Assembly (NCBI GenBank): GCA_964521575.1
Contig: CAZFSR010000007.1
Coordinates: forward strand, 42,086 to 106,085
DNA: 64,000 nt
Direction: 5' to 3'
DNA from: an uncultured Synergistaceae bacterium
GTDB lineage: Bacteria > Synergistota > Synergistia > Synergistales > 79-D21
Under the pieces are notes generated by a model. The model saw only the letters and a list, made by a program, of their open reading frames with translations, was not told the origin of the DNA and did not search any database. The position numbers and the translations under genes were made by a program. Shown piece after piece: positions 28,314 through 38,152 of the stretch (positions are counted from its first letter, which is position 1; every line of letters begins with the position of its first letter).

Positions 28314-28341
28314 ACGCAACATAAGATATATTATAGGACAT
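28314..28341 (-). other. dif: dif-like XerC/XerD recombination site candidate
   Basis: The - strand reads ATGTCCTATAA TATATC TTATGTTGCGT, an 11-6-11 layout. By hand alignment it matches B. subtilis dif at 20/28 and E. coli dif at 17/28, with 8/11 on the E. coli XerD arm. It lies in the only AT-rich gap, where + and - gene blocks converge. Confidence 0.5.
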
Positions 28342-28424
28342 GACAGAGGTTCAAAAAAGAGAGAGGAACATTGTTATTTTCAAACCTGCTCCTCCCTCTG
28401 ATTCCTATCGGCGTGAATTTCTTT

Positions 28425-28451
28425 TCCCTGTATTCCCTGTATGTTCCTGTT
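28425..28451. repeat. short tandem repeat, 3 x 9 nt (TCCCTGTAT TCCCTGTAT GTTCCTGTT)
   Basis: Two exact copies and one degenerate copy read directly from the sequence, just downstream of the rsfS stop in the - sense. Confidence 0.6.
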
Positions 28452-28464
28452 CCGGCAAACAGGC

Positions 28465-28824
28465 CTAGATTGCGGACTCTTCCTCGAATGTGAACGCCTC
28501 GGCGTCTCCCCAAATCCGTTCGATGCCGTAATAGTCGCGTCCCTGCCGACTGAAGAGATGAACCACAAGGTTACCGGCATCGATGAGCCTCCACCGTGCA
28601 CTCCCGGCACCTTCGACGCGGACCGGCAAGTTGAGTTCCTCGAGACAATCCTTGGCGGCCTCCATAAGGGTGTTCATGTGGACGTCCGAGTTTGCAGTGG
28701 CAAGGACAAAGGTGTCCGCAAGCGTCGTAGTTTCTCCCAGGTTCAGGGCCACGATTTTTTCCGCATGTTTGTCGGAAAGCGACTTGACGACAGCAAGGGT
28801 CTCTTTGCTTAGTTTATCATTCAA
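28465..28824 (-). CDS. rsfS: ribosome silencing factor RsfS (iojap)
   Basis: 119 aa; WRLIDAGNLVVHLFSRQGRDYYGIERIWGDA is typical of RsfS. Confidence 0.93.
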   Translation of the reverse strand: MNDKLSKETLAVVKSLSDKHAEKIVALNLGETTTLADTFVLATANSDVHMNTLMEAAKDCLEELNLPVRVEGAGSARWRLIDAGNLVVHLFSRQGRDYYGIERIWGDAEAFTFEEESAI

Positions 28825-28853
28825 ATAAGCTCCACCTCCTAATAAAATAAGGC

Positions 28854-30107
28854 TTAAAGGTCTCTCTTGTATTTCTTTAACTTGTTTAAGATTATATCAT
28901 AATCCTTGCCGACAATGATCGTCGCCTGGGTCACCCCGCGGTTGGGACGGATAAGGTTGCCGGGAACACCGCAGAGTTCGCCGAGAGACTTGGCGTTCGA
29001 AAGCGTTTGGCTATCCGGGTTTTCAGGATAGGCGATATTCGTGTAGCGGTAGTCGAAATGCTTCGCGTTTCCGAGGAAAGCGACATCGATCCCCAGACGC
29101 TGCAAGTGTTCGGAAAAGGCTTGGCTGATGCCCTTTACGCCGCATCCGTTGAGGATCGCAACCTGGCCCTTGATCCGCTGGAGGATGTCGTCTGCTGCGA
29201 CCAGGGGTTCCCCTGCATTTTCCGTCTTGTCTGCACTGGCGGGCTCTGGAGGCGTTGTCAGGTATTGAGAGGCAAGTGCGATATCTCCCAACCAGTAGCT
29301 GATCCCGTCAATCATGGCGGCCTTTCCCGGCATTGTTTCGAAGGAGAACCGGCTGCGGTCAAGATCCTTGAGGTAGTTGACCATCTGGATGGCCTGAGTG
29401 GCCTGGATCTCGGTCTGGAAGAACCGGGTCGCCTCTCCCACGATTTCGGGGAGACGGGCGATGGTCTCGGGTTCGCGGATCTTGTTGAGAACTTCCTTTA
29501 GGAAAAGCTGCTGCCTTTGAATCCGGCCGATGTCCCCAAGAGCATCGTGGCGGAAACGGACGAATTCCAGGGCTGTTTTCCCGTCGAGAACCTGGCGTCC
29601 GGCTGGGATGTCGATAAACAATCCTCCCGCACGATCGGTATAGTGCAGTCGTTTCGGGACATCGATTGAAATGCCTCCTAGAATGTCGATCACTTTCGGG
29701 AAGCTCTGGTAGTTGACGATCACATGGTAATGCAGCGGAATTCCGAGGAAATTGCCGATTGTGGAACGAAGAAGGTCAATTCCGCCGTAGGCATAGGCAT
29801 GGTTAAGCTTCTGCCAGCCATGCCCTTCGATTTGCACCCTTAAGTCCCTTGGTAGCGAGAGAACCTTGACGAACCGCTCATCAATATTGATCGCGACGAC
29901 CGCAATCGTGTCGGAGCGGTGGGATCCTTGAACGTCGTCGATTCCGACGGCGAGGATGTTGATGTTTCCCGTCAGCTTGTCGTGTTCGAAGCTCTTCTCG
30001 ATTTCCTTGGATCCCGGAGCGACGAGCGTGTGCATTCGCCAAGCAATTCCCAGGCCGACGGAAATGATGCACAGTGCGATGAAAACCAGCAGGCGAGCCC
30101 TTTTCAA
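28854..30107 (-). CDS. LytR-CpsA-Psr (LCP) family protein with C-terminal LytR_C domain
   Basis: N-terminal TM helix. LCP core NILAVGIDDVQGSHRSDTIAVVAINID...SLPRDL. C-terminal LytR_C-like VAILNGCGVKGISQAFSEHLQRLGIDV. Start proposed at TTG 30107 (GGAAGGTG RBS 8 nt upstream) because the longer ORF to 30254 overlaps nadD. Confidence 0.82.
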   Translation of the reverse strand: MKRARLLVFIALCIISVGLGIAWRMHTLVAPGSKEIEKSFEHDKLTGNINILAVGIDDVQGSHRSDTIAVVAINIDERFVKVLSLPRDLRVQIEGHGWQKLNHAYAYGGIDLLRSTIGNFLGIPLHYHVIVNYQSFPKVIDILGGISIDVPKRLHYTDRAGGLFIDIPAGRQVLDGKTALEFVRFRHDALGDIGRIQRQQLFLKEVLNKIREPETIARLPEIVGEATRFFQTEIQATQAIQMVNYLKDLDRSRFSFETMPGKAAMIDGISYWLGDIALASQYLTTPPEPASADKTENAGEPLVAADDILQRIKGQVAILNGCGVKGISQAFSEHLQRLGIDVAFLGNAKHFDYRYTNIAYPENPDSQTLSNAKSLGELCGVPGNLIRPNRGVTQATIIVGKDYDIILNKLKKYKRDL

Positions 30108-30114
30108 GGGTTTT

Positions 30115-30705
30115 TCACCTTCCGTTCCGTATGTATAGGTTTTTCTTGAAGATGTAGTGTTCAACCGTCCAGGGCAGCAAGTATCGCGTGCTTTTTCCCT
30201 CCAGGACGCGTTCCCGGATTTCGGTGCTTGAGATCGCCAGAAGCGGAATTTCAAGCGGGATGATCGCCTTTTGGATCGGCTCGGGCAACTCCCCTATCCG
30301 GGAGGAGTTGAACCCCGGCCTGCTTGCGGCCACGATCCGGCACAGCTCGACAATCGCGTAGGGTTCTTTCCATGAAAGGATGTCCAGCACTCCGTCAAGA
30401 CCGGTGATGAAGTAGAGCTCGGTACTGCCGGGCGCGTACCAGTGCCTCATTTCCCTCAGGGTGTCCACCGTATGGCTATCGCCGCCCCGGTCGATTTCAA
30501 GGCGCGAAACCTTGAAATGCGGGTTGTCCAACGTGGCCAATAGTGTCATCGTGTAGCGGTCCTCTGCTGAAGAGACGAGTTTGGAGCGTTTGTGGGGAGG
30601 GTTTCCGGTCGGGACGAAAATCACTTCAGAGAGGCCAAGGGCGAAATAGGCCTCCTCCGCCGAAACGAGGTGCCCGAAATGGATCGGGTCGAACGTTCCC
30701 CCCAT
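30115..30705 (-). CDS. nadD: nicotinate-nucleotide adenylyltransferase NadD
   Basis: GGTFDPIHFGHL (HxGH motif) and ISSTEIR. The frame stays open upstream to the obg stop, and the first beta-strand residues (RVGI) precede ATG 30705. The true start may therefore be a non-ATG codon, for example CTG 30744. Confidence 0.88.
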   Translation of the reverse strand: MGGTFDPIHFGHLVSAEEAYFALGLSEVIFVPTGNPPHKRSKLVSSAEDRYTMTLLATLDNPHFKVSRLEIDRGGDSHTVDTLREMRHWYAPGSTELYFITGLDGVLDILSWKEPYAIVELCRIVAASRPGFNSSRIGELPEPIQKAIIPLEIPLLAISSTEIRERVLEGKSTRYLLPWTVEHYIFKKNLYIRNGR

Positions 30706-30765
30706 GATTCCAACTCGGTTACGCCCTAGAAATTTCTGGCTCAGGTGTCCTCTCCCCTTCCGGGA

Positions 30766-32112
<1,347 letters not shown>

Positions 32113-32140
32113 TTACACCTCACAAGAGCAGATTATTTCG

Positions 32141-32170
32141 GAAAAACAAAGGGGCCTCGAAGGGCCCCTG
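32141..32170 (-). terminator. rho-independent terminator after rpmA
   Basis: The - strand reads AGGGGCC-CTTCGA-GGCCCCT (7-bp GC stem, 32150-32169) followed by TTTGTTTTT. Located 35 nt after the rpmA stop. Confidence 0.75.
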
Positions 32171-32204
32171 TTTCATATCGGTTAAAATAGCAAGGGAGTT
32201 TCGT

Positions 32205-32462
32205 TTAGGCCGGAACCGTTTCGATCCGGGCTTCTTTACGCCCGCATCTCATTGAGAAACGCACGATTCCCGTTTTCAGGGCAAAAAGAGTGTCGTCCTT
32301 CCCTCTCCCCACGTTTAGGCCGGGGTGAATTTTGGTGCCCCTCTGTCGGACAAGTATCGTTCCGGCATTGACGACCTGTCCGTCGTGTCGCTTCAGCCCC
32401 AGTCGCTTGCCTATCGTATCTCGCCCGTTGGTGCTGCTGCTTTGTCCTTTTTTATGTGCCAT
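32205..32462 (-). CDS. rpmA: 50S ribosomal protein L27
   Basis: [24 protein letters not shown]..., 85 aa, AGGAGG RBS. Confidence 0.97.
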   Translation of the reverse strand: MAHKKGQSSSTNGRDTIGKRLGLKRHDGQVVNAGTILVRQRGTKIHPGLNVGRGKDDTLFALKTGIVRFSMRCGRKEARIETVPA

Positions 32463-32489
32463 CGTTGTCCTCCTGTACCCGTGCCCGAG

Positions 32490-32801
32490 CTAGCCTTGAA
32501 CGGCGTCGATGCGGACTTCGGTGAAGTCCTGACGGTGACCGCGGAACTTGCGGTAGTTCTTCTTGCGCTTGTAGTGGAAGATCCACACTTTCGGTTCCTT
32601 GCCGTGCCCGAGAACCGTTCCCTCGACGCGGGCCGACTCCAGGACAGGGTTGCCCACCCTGACGTCGTTTTCGTCCGCGAAGAGGAGCACTTTGCCTAAG
32701 CTGACCGTCGTCCCCGGTTCCGCGTCCATCTTCTCGACCCGGATTACTTCGCCCGGAGCGACGCGATACTGCTTCCCACCCGTTTCAATCACTGCATACA
32801 T
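32490..32801 (-). CDS. rplU: 50S ribosomal protein L21
   Basis: MYAVIETGGKQYRVAPGEVIRVEK...HYKRKKNYRKFRGHRQ. Start at ATG 32801 after GGAGGAGG; the longer ORF to 33137 runs into recN. Confidence 0.96.
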   Translation of the reverse strand: MYAVIETGGKQYRVAPGEVIRVEKMDAEPGTTVSLGKVLLFADENDVRVGNPVLESARVEGTVLGHGKEPKVWIFHYKRKKNYRKFRGHRQDFTEVRIDAVQG

Positions 32802-32886
32802 TTCCCTGCGTTCCTCCTCCCGCTGGGAACAAGGGCGGCCATTGGCACTTGAGGCCCTTCCCAAGCGATACGTTGACAGCTTTTGA

Positions 32887-32915
32887 ATTTTAAAGGCCTT
32901 CCTGCCTTCCGTCAA
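32887..32915 (-). promoter_or_regulatory. sigma70-like promoter for rplU-rpmA (TTGACG-17 nt-TAAAAT)
   Basis: On the - strand, TTGACG is at 32915-32910, the spacer is 17 nt, and TAAAAT is at 32892-32887. It sits immediately after the recN stop and ~85 nt before the rplU start. Confidence 0.6.
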
Positions 32916-32919
32916 GCTT

Positions 32920-34557
32920 TCAGGCCTGATTCTTGAGGAGAACAGCGGCATGGTCGAGGGCTTCGGGTGAATCCGGGGTTCCGGACAACATGCGGGCGAT
33001 CTCGGCGGCTCTCTCCTCCCCGTCGACTTCGCGGACCGTCGTGAGATCGCCGTTGCGGCGGACGACAAAATGCTGATGGGCCTGTGCAGCGATGACCGCC
33101 TCGTGGGTGACGAGGATGACCTGGCATCGGCTCGCAAGCTCCCTGAGCTTGAAACCGGCCAGGAGTGCCGAACGTCCTCCTAAGCCGGCCTCGACTTCAT
33201 CGAACACCAGCGTTCCGGGCAATTGGCCGTCGGGAAGCGACATCTGCAGGGCGAGCAGAATACGGCTCAACTCCCCGCCGGAGGCGACGCGGGTGACTGG
33301 GCCGTTTAGACCGCCGTTTGAAAGGGTGAATTCAATTTCCTCCGATCCGCTGGGGCGTATCTTTCCGAGATCTTTCACGGCGACCCCGAAGCGGAAGGTT
33401 TCCATCGCAAGGTCTGCCATGTGGGCTGTCACGGTTTGCTCCAATTTCCTAGCGACTTCCAGCCGGTTGTCACGGAGTGCGCGGGCTGTTGTTGAAACTT
33501 CTTTTCGCGCTTCCCTGCACTGTTGCAGCAAGGTTTCAATTCCTTCACGGCTCGTGCGCATCCAGTGAAGGTTTTCTTCGGCCCTTCGGCAGAAAACGAT
33601 CAATTCCTCGAGTGAGTCGACACGAGCCAGACGTTTGAGTTTCCTGAGTGTTCCGATTCGATTCTCTAGGAGATCCCTGCGTTCTTCCGTATCAGCTATG
33701 CCGTTGTCCGTGAGAGTTTCGCGGGAAAAAGCTTCCATTTCCTGCAGTCCTTTACGGAGCGCATCAAGGCTGGGGACCAGGCGCAGCCGTTGTTCTTCCG
33801 AAACGAGGGTGTCCATTTCCCTGACCCACCGCAACATTTCTTCCCCGATCCCTCCACCGGAGGACCCTCCAAGGAACCAGGCGGACAGGTCCTGAAGTTT
33901 CCTTTGCCGGGAAAGGGTTTGCTCGACGGAAGACAGTTCCTCGGCCCACTTGGCTTCGTTTCCCTCATCGAGCCGGAGCCTTCGAGCCGCTTCCACCACC
34001 GCTTCCGCGTCCTGGTAGTTCCTTTCGATTTCTCGCCGCTTATCCTGCAGGGCGGAGAGTTCCCTTTCAAGGCGAATCGCCTTTTGAAAGTCCGACGCCA
34101 GCCTGTTACGTAGCTGAGAAGAATTCTCCCCGCCGCAACTGTCGAGAAGGTCCCGCTGCCGCCGCGGTTCCAGGAGGTCCAGCTGAGAAAACTGGCTCTG
34201 GATTCCGAGTCGGTTTTCCGTGAATTCCTTCAAGCGGGCAAAAGCAACCTGTTCCTCTCCCAGGTAATTGCGGGTCTTGGCTTCTCGGGACAGGATCCTT
34301 CCCGCGATTCTTTCCTCGCCTTTTTCGGCTCCGAGGAAAACGCCCCAGACCTCCCCTTCCTCGCAACCATGCCGTATTGAGGAGACCTGGGCTCTTTTCC
34401 CTGCAAGATATTCAAGGGCACGGACCAGGCTGCTTTTTCCTGCTCCGCTTTCTCCTGTCACCGCAATGAAACGGCTGTGGAGCTCAAGCCGGGCTCTCTG
34501 GATCCCCCCGATATTCTGGACGGAAAACTCGGAAAGACCCCGCAACGTCTTATTCAT
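32920..34557 (-). CDS. recN: DNA repair protein RecN
   Basis: Walker A GESGAGKSS, coiled-coil middle, signature ASGGELSRILLAL, Walker B LVFDEVEAG. Start taken at ATG 34557 (ATGA overlap with the nadK stop); alternative is 34578. Confidence 0.93.
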   Translation of the reverse strand: MNKTLRGLSEFSVQNIGGIQRARLELHSRFIAVTGESGAGKSSLVRALEYLAGKRAQVSSIRHGCEEGEVWGVFLGAEKGEERIAGRILSREAKTRNYLGEEQVAFARLKEFTENRLGIQSQFSQLDLLEPRRQRDLLDSCGGENSSQLRNRLASDFQKAIRLERELSALQDKRREIERNYQDAEAVVEAARRLRLDEGNEAKWAEELSSVEQTLSRQRKLQDLSAWFLGGSSGGGIGEEMLRWVREMDTLVSEEQRLRLVPSLDALRKGLQEMEAFSRETLTDNGIADTEERRDLLENRIGTLRKLKRLARVDSLEELIVFCRRAEENLHWMRTSREGIETLLQQCREARKEVSTTARALRDNRLEVARKLEQTVTAHMADLAMETFRFGVAVKDLGKIRPSGSEEIEFTLSNGGLNGPVTRVASGGELSRILLALQMSLPDGQLPGTLVFDEVEAGLGGRSALLAGFKLRELASRCQVILVTHEAVIAAQAHQHFVVRRNGDLTTVREVDGEERAAEIARMLSGTPDSPEALDHAAVLLKNQA

Positions 34558-35420
34558 TCGGTGACATTTTGCCCCCACTGGAATTTTTCCAGGAGGAGGC
34601 CATAGTAGTCCCGGTTCGGCAGGAGGATGATCGTGACCGATTTTTCCCTGGAGAGGGAGACGTCAATTTGGTCTCCCGGCAGGAGTTCGTACCCGAGTTG
34701 CCCGTCCTGTGTCAGCATCATGTCGCGGTGGTCACCTCTTGGAATGATCTGTATCGTATCTCCGTCTCCGAACACCATTGCCCGGGCATAGAGGGTGTGC
34801 GCACAGATCGGCACAAGCAGCATGCATGGCACATGCGGGGGGATGATCGGGCCTCCCGCCGAAAGGGCATACCCGGTTGAACCGGTAGGGGTAGAAAGGA
34901 TCAGGCCGTCTCCCGTCATCACGCTCAAGGGGCGTTGCCCGACGGAAATCTGAAGGGTGATCACCCTGGCAAAGGCCCCCTTCGTCACCACGAGGTCATT
35001 GAGGGCGTAGACTTCGTGGACCAGGGACCCCCCTCGGGTGACGGTTCCCTTGAGGAGCCGCCTTTTCTGAGTCGTGAAACGTCCTTCCAGTATTGTATCG
35101 ATGTCTTTTTCTGCGCTGTTCGGGTCCCCGGAGGCCAAAAAACCGAGTCTCCCTACATTGATGCCGTAGAGGGGGATTTCCTTTCCTAGAACATAGCGGG
35201 CGGCGCGGAGGAAGGTGCCGTCCCCGCCAAGAACCACCGCAAATTCAACCTGGTTTTTCCAGTCTTCATCCGAAACTCCCGGAATTCCGAGAACCGCGGC
35301 TTCATGTGGCGGGGCAAGAAAGGTGACCCCTTTTTCCCTTCCCCACAAAAGCAGTCGTTTCCCCATTTCGAGGGCTTTTGGCTTCTGCGGGTTGATCAAG
35401 AGCCCGATTTTCCCTTTCAT
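34554..35420 (-). CDS. nadK: NAD kinase
   Basis: GGDGTFLRAAR motif, 288 aa, ATGA overlap with the tlyA stop. Confidence 0.93.
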   Translation of the reverse strand: MKGKIGLLINPQKPKALEMGKRLLLWGREKGVTFLAPPHEAAVLGIPGVSDEDWKNQVEFAVVLGGDGTFLRAARYVLGKEIPLYGINVGRLGFLASGDPNSAEKDIDTILEGRFTTQKRRLLKGTVTRGGSLVHEVYALNDLVVTKGAFARVITLQISVGQRPLSVMTGDGLILSTPTGSTGYALSAGGPIIPPHVPCMLLVPICAHTLYARAMVFGDGDTIQIIPRGDHRDMMLTQDGQLGYELLPGDQIDVSLSREKSVTIILLPNRDYYGLLLEKFQWGQNVTE

Positions 35421-36280
35421 GCCTCATTCTCCCTTTCGGTTTCGTTCCTTTCCCGATCCTCCGAAAAAGCCAGGGTTGCACCGGAAACGACAGCCGTGAC
35501 CGCTTCTCCTGCGTCGCCGGGAGAGGTTTTTCCCCGCGCCTTTCCGGCTAGGTGGGCAAGGAACTCGATGTTCCCTTTGGGGCCCTTGATCGGCGACCAG
35601 GTTAACCCGACCAGGGCGATCCCTTCCAAGGATCTGACGAAAGCGCAAAACTCCTCGAGGACCTGACGATGGATTTCGGGTGATCGAACGACTCCTCCCT
35701 TGCCGACACGGGCTTTGCCTGCCTCGAACTGGGGCTTGATCAGGACAACCATTTCACCGTCCGGGGCCAGAAGCCCAAGCAGCGGCGGGAGCAAAAGACG
35801 CAGGGAAATGAAAGAAGCATCGACGACGATCAGGTCCATCGGCTTCGGGAACTGATCCATGCGAAGAAGGCGTGCATTTGTCCGTTCCATGACGACAACC
35901 CGTGGATCGTTGCGAAGTTTCCACGCCAGTTGCCCGTAGCCCACATCGACCGCGAAAACCCTGGAAGCGTTCCTGGATAAAAGCACCTCGGTGAACCCGC
36001 CTGTGGAGGCCCCAACGTCCAGGCAGGTGAGGCCGCAAGGGTCAATCCCGAAGACATCCAGCCCCTTCAATAGCTTGTGGGCTCCCCGGCTCACCCAGTC
36101 GTCATCGTTCCCGGTGATCTCCAGCACGGCTTCCGTGTCCACCATTTGTCCGGCTTTGTTCACAGGGTTCCCATTCACTCGAACCCGACCTGCCATGATC
36201 ACGGCCTGGGCCCTGGCTCTCGTCGAGGCAAACCCCTTTTCGACGAGGACTTTATCGAGTCGGTCTCTCGAGCAAGGCAA
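35417..36280 (-). CDS. tlyA: TlyA-family rRNA (cytidine-2'-O)-methyltransferase
   Basis: S4 domain RLDKVLVEKGFASTRARAQAVIMAGRVRVNG and FtsJ-type SAM site CLDVGASTGGFTEVLL. Carries a ~40-aa Glu-rich C-terminal tail. TTG start at 36280. Confidence 0.88.
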   Translation of the reverse strand: MPCSRDRLDKVLVEKGFASTRARAQAVIMAGRVRVNGNPVNKAGQMVDTEAVLEITGNDDDWVSRGAHKLLKGLDVFGIDPCGLTCLDVGASTGGFTEVLLSRNASRVFAVDVGYGQLAWKLRNDPRVVVMERTNARLLRMDQFPKPMDLIVVDASFISLRLLLPPLLGLLAPDGEMVVLIKPQFEAGKARVGKGGVVRSPEIHRQVLEEFCAFVRSLEGIALVGLTWSPIKGPKGNIEFLAHLAGKARGKTSPGDAGEAVTAVVSGATLAFSEDRERNETERENEA

Positions 36281-38129
36281 GGGCTTCCTCCAGGATTGTA
36301 GCGGGTTTTAACCCACAGGTCTCCCATTGCGATTCAACGGAGGCATGCGGGACATAAGAGTCGGGCACGCCGTAACGAATCACTCTCGATCCGGAGCAAA
36401 TCGAATTTGCCCGTGATGCGACGGCTTCCCCGAAGCCACCCGTTCGGTAGCCGTCTTCGAGCACACAGGTTAAACGGTTTTTGGATAGCGTTGCATCGAT
36501 CATGTCCCAGTGGGCGGGTTCGATGAAGCGGAGATCAACGACAGAGGGTTTTGCCAGTCCCCTGGCCGCAGCTAGATCATGGATTTCAAGGGCGAGGCCG
36601 ACCGTTTTCCCGTAAGCCATGATCGACCATGGAGCCTCTCCCTCGACCAGGGTTTCCGCCTTTCCCCATTCCATCGGCGGGGCCGAGTTTTCGCTACGGC
36701 GCAGGCGCAGTGGGGCCGCTCCGCGCGGAAAACGGATAAGGGCTGATTTCCCTCGTCTATGTGTTTCCTCGATCATATAGCGCGCATCCTCGACATCCCT
36801 GGGAGCCATAATGGCCAGGCCCGGGATCGACCGGCCCCAGCAGACATCCAACAGGCCATGATGGGTCTCGCCGTCCTCTCCCACCAGGCCGGCCCGGTCG
36901 GCAAGAACGACAACGGGGAGATCCTGCATGGCGATGTCATGGACGAGTTGGTCCATGGCTCTCTGGAGGAAAGTCGAGTAGATGAACACGAACGGCCTGA
37001 GCCCTCCCGCGGCAAGGCCGGCAGCGTAAGTCAAAAGATGCCCTTCCGCAATCCCGACATCGAAACACCGTTGAGGCCATCGTTCCGCGAAGCCGTTCAA
37101 CCTTGTTCCGTCCTTCATGGCCGCGGTCAGGCAAACGATACGGTCGTCCGATTCTGCCAGTTTTGCCACAGTACGGGAAATGACCTCGCTCCAGCTGGTC
37201 TTCGGCACCCCAAGGGCTTGTTCGGACTTCTTCCCGGAAATCCCGTGGAAACGCGTGGGATCCGACTCTGCGGGTGGGTATCCTTTCCCTTTTATGGTTC
37301 GAAGGTGGATGAGGAGGGGTTGTCCGTAAAACCGCGAAAGGCCAAGGATCTCCGACAATTCGTCCAGGTCGTGCCCATCGAAAGGGCCCCAATAACTGAT
37401 GCCCAATCCCTCGAAGATGTTGTTCGGCTGCAGAAGGGTCTTCACGCGCGTCTTCGATCGTGAAAGGAGGTCTTCGATGGATTCTCCCCGTTGCCTTTTC
37501 CTGCATTGATCCTTGATATACTCCTTGAAGCGCTTGTAGTACGGGTTGACCCCGAGGCGGGCGAGGTAATCCGCGAGACCCCCGACAGGGCGGCTGATCG
37601 ACATCGAGTTGTCGTTGAAGAGGACGGTCAGCCGGGTCTTGGTTTCCCTTACGTTGTTCAGGGCTTCCATGGCGAGTCCGTTGTAAAGCGCGCCATCCCC
37701 GATGACCGCGATGACCTCGCGGTTCTCACCAAGAAGATCGCGAGCCTTAGCAAAGCCCAGGGCGGCGGATATGGACGTGCTGCTGTGCCCGACGTCAAAG
37801 TGGTCGAAAGGGCTTTCCCGGCGTTTTGGGAACCCCGAAATGCCGCCGGCCCTGCGCAACGTGTGGAAACGGTCCAGGCGGTCGGTGAGGATCTTGTACG
37901 CGTAAGCCTGGTGCCCCACATCGAAAACGATACGGTCTTTCCTCGGGTCAAAGACGCGCAGCAAGGAAACGATCAGTTCGACAGTCCCCAGCGAGGAGGC
38001 CAGGTGCCCTCCATTTTCCGTCACGACTTCGACCATCATCTCCCGGACCTCCCGGCATAGCTGGGGAAGATCCTCTTTGGGAAGGGCCCTCAAGCTCTCG
38101 TAACCTTCCAGGTTCTCCAGGATGTTCAT
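36252..38129 (-). CDS. dxs: 1-deoxy-D-xylulose-5-phosphate synthase
   Basis: GGHLASSLG, GHQAYAYKILT, TPP motif GDGALYNGLAMEALN. 625 aa. Confidence 0.96.
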   Translation of the reverse strand: MNILENLEGYESLRALPKEDLPQLCREVREMMVEVVTENGGHLASSLGTVELIVSLLRVFDPRKDRIVFDVGHQAYAYKILTDRLDRFHTLRRAGGISGFPKRRESPFDHFDVGHSSTSISAALGFAKARDLLGENREVIAVIGDGALYNGLAMEALNNVRETKTRLTVLFNDNSMSISRPVGGLADYLARLGVNPYYKRFKEYIKDQCRKRQRGESIEDLLSRSKTRVKTLLQPNNIFEGLGISYWGPFDGHDLDELSEILGLSRFYGQPLLIHLRTIKGKGYPPAESDPTRFHGISGKKSEQALGVPKTSWSEVISRTVAKLAESDDRIVCLTAAMKDGTRLNGFAERWPQRCFDVGIAEGHLLTYAAGLAAGGLRPFVFIYSTFLQRAMDQLVHDIAMQDLPVVVLADRAGLVGEDGETHHGLLDVCWGRSIPGLAIMAPRDVEDARYMIEETHRRGKSALIRFPRGAAPLRLRRSENSAPPMEWGKAETLVEGEAPWSIMAYGKTVGLALEIHDLAAARGLAKPSVVDLRFIEPAHWDMIDATLSKNRLTCVLEDGYRTGGFGEAVASRANSICSGSRVIRYGVPDSYVPHASVESQWETCGLKPATILEEALALLERPTR

Positions 38130-38152
38130 AAGCTGCGTTCGATGCCTCCGTT

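Noticed and set aside
28330-28354. The - strand TTGAAC ... TATAAT pair, which looks like a promoter in the AT-rich gap.
   Set aside because: The spacer is only 13 nt. The TATAAT is part of the dif-like XerC arm and central region, and a transcript from here would only run into the palindrome and antisense tpiA.
28340-28468. A 42-codon + strand ORF (MTEVQKRERNIVIFKPAPPSDSYRREF...) in the tpiA-rsfS gap. I considered it as a possible secG-like small gene after tpiA.
   Set aside because: It has no RBS, no hydrophobic segments of the kind SecG has, it starts inside the dif-like core, and it ends inside the rsfS stop region.
32463-32489. A Prp (L27 N-terminal protease) gene between rplU and rpmA, and a cleavable L27 pro-peptide.
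   Set aside because: The spacer is only 27 nt, and L27 begins directly with MAHKKGQSS, the mature-type N-terminus. There is no evidence for the Prp system here.
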